64,000 bases of DNA from an uncultured Actinomycetes bacterium (GTDB lineage: Bacteria; Actinomycetota; Actinomycetes; S36-B12; CAIYMF01), in contig CAWBGJ010000008.1 in the NCBI GenBank assembly GCA_963788325.1, positions 5,058 through 69,057 of the forward strand, written 5' to 3'. Position numbers and translations under genes: made by a program. This document shows, one piece after another, positions 49,961 through 59,173 of the stretch; the stretch's first letter is position 1; each line of letters begins with the position of its first letter. Below the pieces are notes generated by a model. The model searched no databases. It saw only the letters and a list, made by a program, of their open reading frames with translations, and was not told the DNA's origin.

Positions 49961-51079
49961 TCAGACCGCCGGGGCGCTGGGCTCGCCCGGGTTCAGGCGC
50001 TCACCGGTCTCGGGGTCGAACAGGTGCACGTGGTGGGGGACCGCCTCGATGCCCAGCATGGAACCGCGCGCGGGGTGGGTGCGACCGTCGGTGCGCACCA
50101 CGACCTCCTGCGTGGTCCCGTCGGGCAGCGCGACCTCGGCGTAGACGTAGGCATCGGCACCCAGGCCCTCGACGATGAGGACCTTGACGGGCCATGAGGC
50201 GTCGCTGTTGGTGACGCGCAGGTCCTCCGGGCGGAAACCGATGTACACGCTGCTGCGCCCCTTGGCGGTCAGCTTGGCAGCCGCGCCCTCGGGCAGGTCG
50301 ACGGCCTTGCCGCCGAGGGTGACCTGCCCGTTGGACACCGGTGCCTGGACGATGTTCATGGCCGGGGAGCCGATGAATCCGGCGACGAAGACGTTCGCGG
50401 GGGTGTCGTAGAGGTCCTGCGGGGTGCCGACCTGCATCAGGATGCCATCCTTGAGCACCACGATCCGGTCGCCCATGGTCATGGCCTCGGTCTGGTCGTG
50501 GGTGACATAGACCGTGGTGACGCCGAGGTCGCGCTGCAGCTTGGCGATCTGCGTGCGGGTCTGGACCCGCAGCTTCGCGTCGAGGTTGGACAGCGGCTCG
50601 TCCATGAGGAAGACCTGCGGCTTGCGCACGATCGCCCGGCCCATCGCCACACGTTGGCGCTGGCCACCGGACATCGCCTTGGGCTTGCGGTCCAGGTAGG
50701 GCACGAGGTCCAGGATGCCGGCGGCCTCCTGCACGCGGGACTCGATCTCGTCCTTGGACTCGCCGGCGATCTTCAGCGCGAAGCCCATGTTCTCCCGCAC
50801 GGTCATGTGCGGGTACAGGGCGTAGGACTGGAAGACCATGGCGATGTCACGGTCCTTGGGGGCCAGGTTGGTGACGTCGCGATCGCCGATGAAGATCTTG
50901 CCCGCGTTGACCTCCTCGAGGCCGGCGAGCATCCGCAGCGCGGTGGACTTGCCGCACCCGGACGGGCCGACGACGACGAGGAACTCGCCGTCCTGGACCT
51001 CGAGGTTCAGCGCGTTGACCGCGGGCTTCGTGGAACCGGGGTAGACGCGGGTGGCGTCCTGGAAAGTGACAGTGGCCAT
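49961..51079 (-). CDS. msiK: Stand-alone sugar ABC transporter ATP-binding protein (MsiK/UgpC/MalK type)
   Basis: 372 aa. Walker [24 protein letters not shown] and a C-terminal TOBE-like domain. No permease gene is adjacent. Confidence 0.85.
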   Translation of the reverse strand: MATVTFQDATRVYPGSTKPAVNALNLEVQDGEFLVVVGPSGCGKSTALRMLAGLEEVNAGKIFIGDRDVTNLAPKDRDIAMVFQSYALYPHMTVRENMGFALKIAGESKDEIESRVQEAAGILDLVPYLDRKPKAMSGGQRQRVAMGRAIVRKPQVFLMDEPLSNLDAKLRVQTRTQIAKLQRDLGVTTVYVTHDQTEAMTMGDRIVVLKDGILMQVGTPQDLYDTPANVFVAGFIGSPAMNIVQAPVSNGQVTLGGKAVDLPEGAAAKLTAKGRSSVYIGFRPEDLRVTNSDASWPVKVLIVEGLGADAYVYAEVALPDGTTQEVVVRTDGRTHPARGSMLGIEAVPHHVHLFDPETGERLNPGEPSAPAV

Positions 51080-51204
51080 GATTCATCGATCCCTTCACCG
51101 GCAGGTACGTGCCGGACGATCCGTGTGGAGGGTGCTCGGAACCACGAGTGCGGTCCCAGAGGCCACTCTAGGGGACCGGACCCGCCCAAGGACAGATGTG
51201 CCGG
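51080..51204 (-). ncRNA. Structured 5' leader of msiK (candidate msiK RNA motif)
   Basis: Two hairpins on the msiK strand. One is GGUCCCCUAGAG-UGGC-CUCUGGGACC (51152-51177). The other is CCGGCA-cguacc-UGCCGG (51098-51115), just before GAAGGGA and the ATG. A conserved actinobacterial RNA motif upstream of msiK has been described, but I have not verified a match. Confidence 0.3.
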
Positions 51205-51843
51205 CTACTGAGCCGCGGCCTGCCCGGCGCCGAGGACGAGGGCTGCTCGCAGCTGGTCGGCGTCGGACTGGCTCATCATCCCGTTTGCCACGGCCAGATC
51301 CAGCAGCTGGCCCACGTCGGTGATGCCCACGGTCGCAGCCAGGGACTTCAGCGAATCTGGAAGCGGCAGCTCGGACAGGGGCAGGTCGCCGCCGGGGGTG
51401 GTCGCGCCCGGTGCAGAGCCATCCGGGGTGGTCCCCTCGGGCAGGGCGCCCTCGGGGGTCGCGCCGGGCACCAGCTCGTCGAGGTTGAGGTCACCGGAAC
51501 CCAGGCCGGCGGCGATGCTCGCCGACGAGCCGAACAGGGAGTTGTTGGCCAACTGCCACGTGGCCACGCCAAGGACCAGGGCGGCGACGGACGCGAGGGC
51601 TGCGACCACGACCGCGACCCGGGTCCGGGCGCGCTGGCGGGCGAACTTCTCCTGCCAGAGGGCGGCCTCGTGGTTGACCGGGGCGTACCCGGGGGCGAAC
51701 GCCGCGTCAGGCGCGTAGCCGGGTGCAGCCCCCGCGTACCCCTGCGGGACGCGGGGCAGGGCGGTCGTTTCGTGCTGGCCCTGGTAGCCCGGGGCGGCAT
51801 CTGGCTGGGCGGGGGCGGTGGGGGCGTAGGGCTGCTGCGTCAT
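51205..51843 (-). CDS. Proline/alanine-rich single-pass membrane protein (hypothetical)
   Basis: 212 aa from the internal ATG 51843. N-terminal PGY(A/Q) repeats, a central TM helix (VAVVVAALASVAALVLGV), and an extracytoplasmic Gly/Pro/Thr-rich region. Confidence 0.6.
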   Translation of the reverse strand: MTQQPYAPTAPAQPDAAPGYQGQHETTALPRVPQGYAGAAPGYAPDAAFAPGYAPVNHEAALWQEKFARQRARTRVAVVVAALASVAALVLGVATWQLANNSLFGSSASIAAGLGSGDLNLDELVPGATPEGALPEGTTPDGSAPGATTPGGDLPLSELPLPDSLKSLAATVGITDVGQLLDLAVANGMMSQSDADQLRAALVLGAGQAAAQ

Positions 51844-52015
51844 GCATCCATTGTGACCGGGGACCGTCGAGCCGGCCGAATCCCTCGCGCTGGAGGGCAT
51901 CCGCGTTGTGTTCGAGGAAGGTCAGGGCTGAACCGGGTGAACCGGCGAATCGAACGAACCGGGTGAAGGACCGCCGCCCGGGTACGCAGGTGCGCGCCCG
52001 GGCGGTGACCCTCGC

Positions 52016-53206
52016 TCAGGATCGGATGGACTCAGACGTCTCGGGATCGAACAAGTGGACGCGCTCCATGTCCACCGAGATCTCGACGGTGTCGCCGTTG
52101 CGGACCCGCGAGCGGGGCCCGAAGGAGGCCACCCACTTCACGCCCTCGCCGAGGGTGTGAAGCTCGGTCTCGCCGGACTCCTTGGCCAGCAGCTTCGTGT
52201 CGGCAGTCTCGACCCGATCCGCGTCGAACGTGAAGTGCGCGATGATCTCGGAACCGAGGGCCTCGGTGAGCGTCACCTTGGCCTGCAGGCGCTGGTCGAC
52301 GGGGCCCTCGCGCAGGCTGGAGTCCTCCATGTCCTCCGAGCGCACGCCCATGACCAAGCGCTTGCCCGCGTAGCCGCGCAGGGCCGGCTTGGCCGCCAGC
52401 AGGGTCTCGGGCGCAGTGAGTTCGACGTCGCCCACCTTGAGGACCAGCCGATCGCCCTTGTCGATCAGGTCGGCCATCACCAGGTTCATCGGGGGCGAGC
52501 CGACGAACTGCGCGACGAAGATGTTGTTGGGGGAGTCGTAGCACTCGCTCGGCGTGCCGAGCTGGTTGAGCACGCCGGCCTTCATGACGGCCATCCGGTC
52601 GCCCATCGTCATGGCCTCGGTCTGGTCATGGGTGACGTAGAGGGTTGTGGTGTTCAGGGCCCGGACCACTGCGGAGATCTCAGCGCGCATCTGCACGCGC
52701 AGCTTCGCGTCGAGGTTGGACAGCGGCTCGTCCATGAGGAAGACCTGCGGCTCGCGCACGATCGCACGGCCCATGGCCACACGCTGGCGCTGGCCACCGG
52801 AGAGCTGCTTGGGCCGACGCTCGAGCAGTGGCGTGAGCTCGAGCATGTCCGCGGCCTTCTGGACCCGGGCAGCGATCTGGTCCTTGGGCATCTTGCGCAG
52901 CTTCAGGCCGTAGGCCATGTTGTCGCCCACGGTCATGTGCGGGTAGAGGGCATAGGACTGGAACACCATGGCGATGTCGCGGTCCTGCGGTTCCAGCTCG
53001 TTGACCCGCTTGCCGCCGATGCGCAGCTCGCCGCTGGAGATGTCCTCCAGGCCGGCGACCATCCGCAGGGCGGTGGACTTGCCGCAGCCCGAGGGACCGA
53101 CCAGAACGAGGAACTCGCCGTCAGCCACCTCGATCGACAGGTCCTGCACGGCGTGGAAGCCGTTGTCATACACCTTGTTGATCTTGTCCAGTTCGACGCT
53201 TGCCAT
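52016..53206 (-). CDS. Sugar ABC transporter ATP-binding protein (MalK-like), last gene of the maltodextrin-type operon
   Basis: 396 aa. [23 protein letters not shown] and a TOBE-type C-terminus. It is a paralog of the msiK-like gene at 49961..51079. Confidence 0.88.
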   Translation of the reverse strand: MASVELDKINKVYDNGFHAVQDLSIEVADGEFLVLVGPSGCGKSTALRMVAGLEDISSGELRIGGKRVNELEPQDRDIAMVFQSYALYPHMTVGDNMAYGLKLRKMPKDQIAARVQKAADMLELTPLLERRPKQLSGGQRQRVAMGRAIVREPQVFLMDEPLSNLDAKLRVQMRAEISAVVRALNTTTLYVTHDQTEAMTMGDRMAVMKAGVLNQLGTPSECYDSPNNIFVAQFVGSPPMNLVMADLIDKGDRLVLKVGDVELTAPETLLAAKPALRGYAGKRLVMGVRSEDMEDSSLREGPVDQRLQAKVTLTEALGSEIIAHFTFDADRVETADTKLLAKESGETELHTLGEGVKWVASFGPRSRVRNGDTVEISVDMERVHLFDPETSESIRS

Positions 53207-53218
53207 CCCTGCTCCTGT

Positions 53219-55108
53219 TCATCGACCGGGGCTGTGCAGCCCCGGCAGTCGCCACATCTGCACCATCGGACCATCACCTGGCAGTTCCGCCAGACCTGCT
53301 ACGTGCCGGAGTGTCGCACCTCCGTACATGTTCTGCGCGTGCTTCCCCTCAGCCAGGCCGAGCAGGTCGGCTGCCAGCCGGATCGAGGGACCGGCTGCTC
53401 GGGCCAACAGGACGAGCACGGACTCCTCGTCCGCCTCCCGCAGCCACACCATCCGATCGTCGTCGACGTGCACCCAACGCAAGCCTCCCCGACGAAGGGC
53501 AGCGGAGTCGCGGCGAACGGCGCAAAGCCGCCCGAACACGGACATCAACTCCCGGTTCCACAGCTCAGGGCGCTCCCACGGGAAGGGTACCCGGCCCGCC
53601 TCGCCCGTGGCACCCTCGAGTCCGATCTCGTCGCCCGCCCAGATCATCGGCACGCCTGGGTGGGCGATCATGGCCGCGAAGGCCACTTCGGTCAGGCGTG
53701 GATCGTCGGTGATCGTGGCGATCCGGGGCGTGTCGTGGCTGGACACCATCGTGAGGCTGGCCTGTCGTGCCGCCCACGGGATCGCGCTGAACGCCCGCAT
53801 GGTTGCCGCGACCGACGGGCCCGGCAGCTGCGGCCAGTGCGCCACCGGCGCACCCAGCCAGTTGCCGAACGGGGAGTCCGGACGGACCAGCCAGGTCCAT
53901 ATGGGCCGGGCCAGGCCTGAGTAGTTCATGATGCCGTGCCAGGTGGTCCCGTCGACATCACCGAGGAAGTCGTGGAAGTGCTCGCCCACCAGGTAGGTCT
54001 CTCCGGAGGACTCCGCCATCGTCGCGCGCAGCATCCGCGCCACCTGGTGGTTCAGGTCGGTCTGCTGGTAGCGCCCGGTCATGTTGGCCACGTCGATGCG
54101 CCACCCGTCGAGACCGAACTCCAACCAGCGCGCGGCGATGCTCTGCGGGCCCGAGAGCATCCGCCGGGCCAGCTCCGGGCTGCGGTGGTCGAGCTTGGGC
54201 AGAGTGCGGTGTCCCAGCCAACCAACGTAGCCGCGGGGTGTCGCCGGGTCGGGTCCCGGCGGGTCGAAGAGGTAGAAGTCCGCCTCCGGGGTGGCGGCAT
54301 CTGCCCGGCCCGCGGCGAACCAGTCGTGCGTGCTGCCGGTGTGATTGGTCGTCAGGTCGCCCAGGATCCGCATCCCGCGGGCATGGGCGGCATCGATCAG
54401 AGCCCGGTAGGCGGCGTCTCCGCCGAGCAGGGGGTCGACCTGGTCGAAGCTGCGTGCGTTGTACCGGTGGCTGGAGTCGGCGGGGAATACCGGGGTCAGG
54501 TAGAGCGTGTTCGCGCCCACGGACTCGATGTGGTCCAGATGATCGACCACGCCATACAGGTCGCCGCCGTAGAGCTGACGGGCCGAGGGGCGCCCGCCCG
54601 GCTCCGGCGGATCGTCCCAGGCTGCGGCGACAGCCCACGGCGGTGTGGGCTCCCGCACCCGGCCACTGCGCGCGAACCGGTCGGGGAACACCTGGTAGAC
54701 GATGGCGTCCTCGAGCCACTGGGGTGGCGCGTCGGCGATGGGTACCCGGAAGTCCGCGGCGTCGGGCAGGTCCGCGTCCACCACCCCCGCAGCCGTCAGC
54801 CAGCGGTATCCGGTGGCTCCCCCGTCGAGCAGGAACCGGTAGTGCGAGATGGTGTTGTGGGCGCTCAGGTCCGCGCGCCACCAGGTACCAGTGGGGTCCT
54901 GGCGGTCGATGCGCGCCGGTGCGAACTCCGGTTCCCCGTCGATCACCTGGCGCACGGCCACCGAACGGACCGGGTCAGCGGCCGAGGTGCGCAGCAGCAC
55001 GGTGAACTGATCACCGTGCTGCTGCGGCGGGTCGGGGCAGTAGCCGGGGGAGCCGTCGTGGTGCGGGGCGCCCAGCAGCGACCCGCTCGACGTCGGTCCC
55101 ATCGTCAT
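53219..55108 (-). CDS. GH13 alpha-glucosidase / maltodextrin glucosidase / neopullulanase-like enzyme
   Basis: 629 aa. VYQVFPDRFA, GGDLYGVVDHLDHIESVGANTLYLTPVF, DLTTNHTG, GWRIDVAN, LVGEHFHD and SSHDTPR are the conserved GH13 regions I-IV. Confidence 0.88.
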   Translation of the reverse strand: MTMGPTSSGSLLGAPHHDGSPGYCPDPPQQHGDQFTVLLRTSAADPVRSVAVRQVIDGEPEFAPARIDRQDPTGTWWRADLSAHNTISHYRFLLDGGATGYRWLTAAGVVDADLPDAADFRVPIADAPPQWLEDAIVYQVFPDRFARSGRVREPTPPWAVAAAWDDPPEPGGRPSARQLYGGDLYGVVDHLDHIESVGANTLYLTPVFPADSSHRYNARSFDQVDPLLGGDAAYRALIDAAHARGMRILGDLTTNHTGSTHDWFAAGRADAATPEADFYLFDPPGPDPATPRGYVGWLGHRTLPKLDHRSPELARRMLSGPQSIAARWLEFGLDGWRIDVANMTGRYQQTDLNHQVARMLRATMAESSGETYLVGEHFHDFLGDVDGTTWHGIMNYSGLARPIWTWLVRPDSPFGNWLGAPVAHWPQLPGPSVAATMRAFSAIPWAARQASLTMVSSHDTPRIATITDDPRLTEVAFAAMIAHPGVPMIWAGDEIGLEGATGEAGRVPFPWERPELWNRELMSVFGRLCAVRRDSAALRRGGLRWVHVDDDRMVWLREADEESVLVLLARAAGPSIRLAADLLGLAEGKHAQNMYGGATLRHVAGLAELPGDGPMVQMWRLPGLHSPGR

Positions 55109-55117
55109 GTGCGCAGA

Positions 55118-56062
55118 TCAGCCCTTGACCGCGCCTGCGGTCAAGCCGGTGACCAGCTGCTTCTGGGCGAAGGCGAACACCACGAGGACCGGTATCGCCG
55201 CCATCAGCGCCCCGGCCGCGAACAGGCCCCACTCCTGTCGCAGCGGGTTGCTGACGTAGGAGTACAGGCCCACGGCCAGTGTGGTGTCGCGCTGGTCGGC
55301 CAAGACCACCGAGGCGATCGCGAGCTCGTTGAACATGCCCGTGAAGGAGACGAAGAACACGACCGTGAGGATCGGCGCGGCCAGGCGCAGGATCATTCCG
55401 AAGAAGATCCGCACGTGGCTTGCTCCGTCGATCCTGGCCGACTCGTCGATCTCCACCGGGATCGTGTCGAAGAAGCCCTTCATCAGGTAGGTATTCACCC
55501 CGAGGGTTCCGCCGAGATACACCAGGATCAGGCCCCAGATGGTGCCCAGGCCGATAGCGGGGAAGGTCTCGCGGATCGTCGAGAGCAGCAGGAAGATCGC
55601 CGTGATGGCCAGAATCGCTGGGAACATCTGGACCAGCACCAGCGACGTGAGGCCCGCCCTGCGGCCCTTGAAGCGCATCCGGCTGAACGCGAACGCCGCT
55701 GACGCACCCATGAAGACCGAGAAGAAGGACACCACCGTCGCGATGATCAGCGTGTTCTGGAACCAGACGGAGAACGGCCGCTGCGGATTGTTCAGGACAT
55801 TGGTGAAGTTCTGCGTGTCATAGGGCGGAAGCGGCAGGACGCACTGGACGGTCTCCGCTCCCTGCAGGCTCGTCGGGCAGGCCGAGGTCAGCGTGTTCCC
55901 CTCGCTGAAGGCCAGGTTGATGATGTACGAGATCGGGAACAACGCGAAGAGCACGGCGATGACGAGGATCAGGTGCCGCCACCCGACCGTCTTCATCCAG
56001 CGGCCGAAGGACATGCGCTGGACCTTGATCGGGGTGGCAGCGGATTCGGTCGGGGTGCTCAT
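55118..56062 (-). CDS. malG: Sugar ABC transporter permease (MalG-like)
   Basis: 314 aa, 6 TM, with EAA loop IDESARIDGASHVRIF. Confidence 0.8.
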   Translation of the reverse strand: MSTPTESAATPIKVQRMSFGRWMKTVGWRHLILVIAVLFALFPISYIINLAFSEGNTLTSACPTSLQGAETVQCVLPLPPYDTQNFTNVLNNPQRPFSVWFQNTLIIATVVSFFSVFMGASAAFAFSRMRFKGRRAGLTSLVLVQMFPAILAITAIFLLLSTIRETFPAIGLGTIWGLILVYLGGTLGVNTYLMKGFFDTIPVEIDESARIDGASHVRIFFGMILRLAAPILTVVFFVSFTGMFNELAIASVVLADQRDTTLAVGLYSYVSNPLRQEWGLFAAGALMAAIPVLVVFAFAQKQLVTGLTAGAVKG

Positions 56063-57675
56063 GCGCCGATCTCCTCGAGCTTCTTGGTGTACCGGAATGA
56101 GAAGGCTGAGATGGAACCGACGACGATGAAGATGACCAGTGCGATCGCCGAGGCCAGTCCGAGTCTCTGGTTGGTCTGGTTGAAGGCCATTCGATAGGTC
56201 CAGTTGATCAGCAGGTCGGTCTGGCCGCCATCACTGATCTGGCCAGGGAACGGCCCACCTCCGGTCAACATCTCGATGAGTGTGTAGTTGTTGAAGTTGA
56301 ACGTGAAGGACGCGATCAGCAGGGGTGCGGTGGAGATCATCAGCAGGGGAAGCACCACCGTGCGGAACGCATGCATCCCGCTGGCGCCGTCGACGAACGC
56401 GGCCTCCTTGAGGTCTGCCGGGATGGCCGTCAGGGCGCCGGTGCAGATCAGGAAGAAGTAGGGGTAGGCGATCCAGAGGTTGACCACCAGGACCGAGAAC
56501 CGGGCGAGGTTCGCCTCTCCGAGCCAGTTGATGGGATCACCGGGCAGCATCTGGTTGATCAACCCGAAGTCGGTGTTGAGCATGCCCCGCCAGAGCGGAG
56601 CGGTCAGGAAGATCGGCATCGCGTAGGGGAGGATCAGCAGCACCCGGTAGTACTTCATCCCCTTCATCCGGCGGTCGTTCATGATGACCGCCAGCAGCAG
56701 GCCCAGGGAGAACGTGGTGAACACGGTCATGAAGGCGAAGAAGAAGGTCCAGAGCGTGATCGGGACGAACCGGTCGCGGATCTGGGGGTTCTGCCACAAC
56801 GAGGTGTAGTTCTCGGTGCCGATGAAGACCTTCCAGCCCGGCTGCAGGATCTGGCCATCAGGGGACTCGAAGTTGCCGGTGTCATTGGGTGTGTAGACGA
56901 CCCCGGTGGTGGTGTCGGTGAGGGTGTCGGTCTCCGGGTCGTAGACGCTGCCGGCACGGACCTCCTTGGCCACCGACACGCCGGTGGCGCGCAGGTAGGT
57001 GCCCGTCTCGAGGTTCAGTGGGACGCGCAACTCCTGCCACTGGGCGTTGAAGTCCGCGTTCCCCGACAGGGTGCCCAGGTTCAGCGAGGTGTAGCCGTTC
57101 ACGCCGGTGACCTTGTCACCTGCGACGACCAGGTCGGTCGGGGCCACGGGGGTCAGGCCGTCGACGGTCCCGATGGAGGTAGTTCCTGCGGTCGGGGTCC
57201 CCTCCGGGAACGTGACGAGCATCGACACGGTGCCGCCGGACTCGATCGGGACCACGGGGTAGTCGGCCGAGGTCTCGACAGGACGCTCCCCGCGCATCAC
57301 GAGCGCGTTGATCGCGGAATCCTTGTCGTCGAGGTGGCCCGTGCCGTAGTTGGTGAAGCTGGACTGGGCGGTGAGCACGATCGTGTACACCTGGAAGACC
57401 AGGAGGAAGAGCAGGCCGGGCAGCAGGTACTTCATGGGCAGGCCCTTGGTGAAGTACGTGACGTTCACGGCCACCAGGGCCAGGATGAAGAACCCGACCG
57501 CGAGCGTCCACCCATCAGCGAGCGCCTGGGCAAGCATCCAGATCAGCAGCGCGTCGATGAGACCGACGAGGACCAACTTGATCGTCAGACCGCCAGCTGT
57601 GACGGACTTCGACGACTTGGGTGCGGCTTCTGCCGCCGGTCGTTCGGTGGTGAGGCTCATGGTCGGGTTCTTCAT
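56059..57675 (-). CDS. malF: Sugar ABC transporter permease with a large extracytoplasmic loop (MalF-like)
   Basis: 538 aa. EAA loop EAAFVDGASGMHAF and a ~200-aa loop between early TM helices, as in MalF. Confidence 0.8.
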   Translation of the reverse strand: MKNPTMSLTTERPAAEAAPKSSKSVTAGGLTIKLVLVGLIDALLIWMLAQALADGWTLAVGFFILALVAVNVTYFTKGLPMKYLLPGLLFLLVFQVYTIVLTAQSSFTNYGTGHLDDKDSAINALVMRGERPVETSADYPVVPIESGGTVSMLVTFPEGTPTAGTTSIGTVDGLTPVAPTDLVVAGDKVTGVNGYTSLNLGTLSGNADFNAQWQELRVPLNLETGTYLRATGVSVAKEVRAGSVYDPETDTLTDTTTGVVYTPNDTGNFESPDGQILQPGWKVFIGTENYTSLWQNPQIRDRFVPITLWTFFFAFMTVFTTFSLGLLLAVIMNDRRMKGMKYYRVLLILPYAMPIFLTAPLWRGMLNTDFGLINQMLPGDPINWLGEANLARFSVLVVNLWIAYPYFFLICTGALTAIPADLKEAAFVDGASGMHAFRTVVLPLLMISTAPLLIASFTFNFNNYTLIEMLTGGGPFPGQISDGGQTDLLINWTYRMAFNQTNQRLGLASAIALVIFIVVGSISAFSFRYTKKLEEIGA

Positions 57676-57696
57676 CCCTTCTTGTTCAGTGCCTGA

Positions 57697-58941
57697 TCAG
57701 CCGGCAGCGATCGACGCGTTGATGGCGTCGCCCGCCTCGGTCATGGTCGTGGTCGGGTCCTCACCCGAGGCGACCTTGAACTCGGCCAGGCCGAGCGCCT
57801 CCCAGACGGCACCCATCTCGGGCACGGACGGCTGCGGGATGCCCTGCTTGCCGTAGTCGATGAACCCCTTGACGATCGGGTCGGAGGACACCTTGTCCGC
57901 GGACTCGGTCCACGCCGGCGGCCGCGGGTCGGCGACGTACATGGCGTCCATGAACGGCGTGGTCATCACGTACTCGTTGAGGAACGTCTGCGCGATGAGC
58001 GCGTTCGCAGCCTTCGTCGGGATGAACATCGTCTGAACGCCGATGAACGCTGACGAGGTCGACGGGCCATCGGGAACGGGGCAGACCATCGTGTCCGGCA
58101 CAGCAGCCACGGCGTCCGTGACGTTCCACGGGCCGGTGATGAACCACGCGGAATCGCCGGCGTTGTAGGACTCCTTGGCGATGTCGCCGGTGACCGAGGC
58201 CTTGATCAGGCCGTCGTCGGCCATCTGCTGCAGCGACTCGGCTGCGGCGATGGAACCGGGACCGCCGACCCCCATGTCCTCGACGTTGTAGGTGCCGTCG
58301 GGGTTCTGGGCGAAGATGTATCCGCCGTTGGCCGTGTACAGCGGCTGCCAGTGGTAGGCGTCGCCCTGGTCGCCGATCTGCAGGGCCAGCGGAAGCGAGG
58401 CCTTGCCGTCGTCCTTGAGGGCCTTGCCAGCGCTGACGAGGTCATCGAGGGTGGCCGGGCAGTCCGGGGACAGCGCCGGGTTCGTCAGCAGGGCGACGTT
58501 CTCCACGGCGTAGGGAACGCCGTAGCTCTTGCCGTCGTAGGCCACGGCCTGGACGGCAACCTCGCTGAAGTTGGCAGCGTTGCTGCCGAGGTCGAACGGT
58601 GTGACGACACCGTTGGTGACGAGCTCGCCGAGCCAGTCATGGGCGCCGATGAACAGGTCCGGCACATCGCCGGTCTGGCTGCCCTGGACGACGCGGCTGC
58701 GGATGTCGCCGAAGTCGATCTGCACGACGTCGCAGGTGATCCCGTTGGCCTCGGCGAACTTGTCGCACTCGGCCTGGATCGGGGCCGTACGGACCTCATC
58801 GGCCCAGATGGTGAACGTGCTCGTTGCGGCCGTGGGGGCCGGCGAGCCGTTGTCTGTTGCGGTCTCGCTGTCACTGCCACAGGCAGTGAGCACGAGTGCG
58901 AGGCTTGCGGCTGCAGCCCCGACCTTTGTTGTGCGGCGCAT
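57697..58941 (-). CDS. malE: Maltose/maltodextrin-type ABC substrate-binding lipoprotein
   Basis: 414 aa from the internal ATG 58941. Lipobox LTACG, then TIWADE...PDLFIGAHDWLGEL...YGVPYAVENVAL. Confidence 0.8.
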   Translation of the reverse strand: MRRTTKVGAAAASLALVLTACGSDSETATDNGSPAPTAATSTFTIWADEVRTAPIQAECDKFAEANGITCDVVQIDFGDIRSRVVQGSQTGDVPDLFIGAHDWLGELVTNGVVTPFDLGSNAANFSEVAVQAVAYDGKSYGVPYAVENVALLTNPALSPDCPATLDDLVSAGKALKDDGKASLPLALQIGDQGDAYHWQPLYTANGGYIFAQNPDGTYNVEDMGVGGPGSIAAAESLQQMADDGLIKASVTGDIAKESYNAGDSAWFITGPWNVTDAVAAVPDTMVCPVPDGPSTSSAFIGVQTMFIPTKAANALIAQTFLNEYVMTTPFMDAMYVADPRPPAWTESADKVSSDPIVKGFIDYGKQGIPQPSVPEMGAVWEALGLAEFKVASGEDPTTTMTEAGDAINASIAAG

Positions 58942-59173
58942 GAATGCTCCCGTTTCTGGTGAGTGGAACCCGGGACCCGTCCACACTGGGCCCCGCCGAG
59001 GGCATCATCGCGCGTGGGTGACGGCTTCGCGCGCCGACGGTACGCGTGGCGGGGGCGGTGGGCTACCTGTGATCAAACCGTAATCAAACCTGCGCTCCTC
59101 GGGGGCGGGCGGGCGAGGGACTGAGCTCAGAGCGGGCGCCGCCTCCCTGTCGAGCAGGAGCCGTTGTCGAGAC

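Noticed and set aside
47861-50197. Very long ORFs antisense or out of frame to recognised genes. Examples: 47861..50197 (778 aa), 45068..46741, 16011..18101, 52055..53920, 53936..55702, 40600..41928, 24132..25931 and 1093..2712.
   Set aside because: Their translations are Arg/Gly/Pro/Asp/His-rich low-complexity strings with no motifs. Each is mirrored by a gene with clear family signatures on the other strand or frame. Such ORFs are expected in a very GC-rich genome.
59101-59119. G-quadruplex-type motifs at 59101-59119 and 45248-45280, considered as stand-alone regulatory elements.
   Set aside because: G-tract runs are frequent in such GC-rich DNA. Without conservation or structural data they are not individually meaningful. 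The first is mentioned only in the context of the malE promoter finding.
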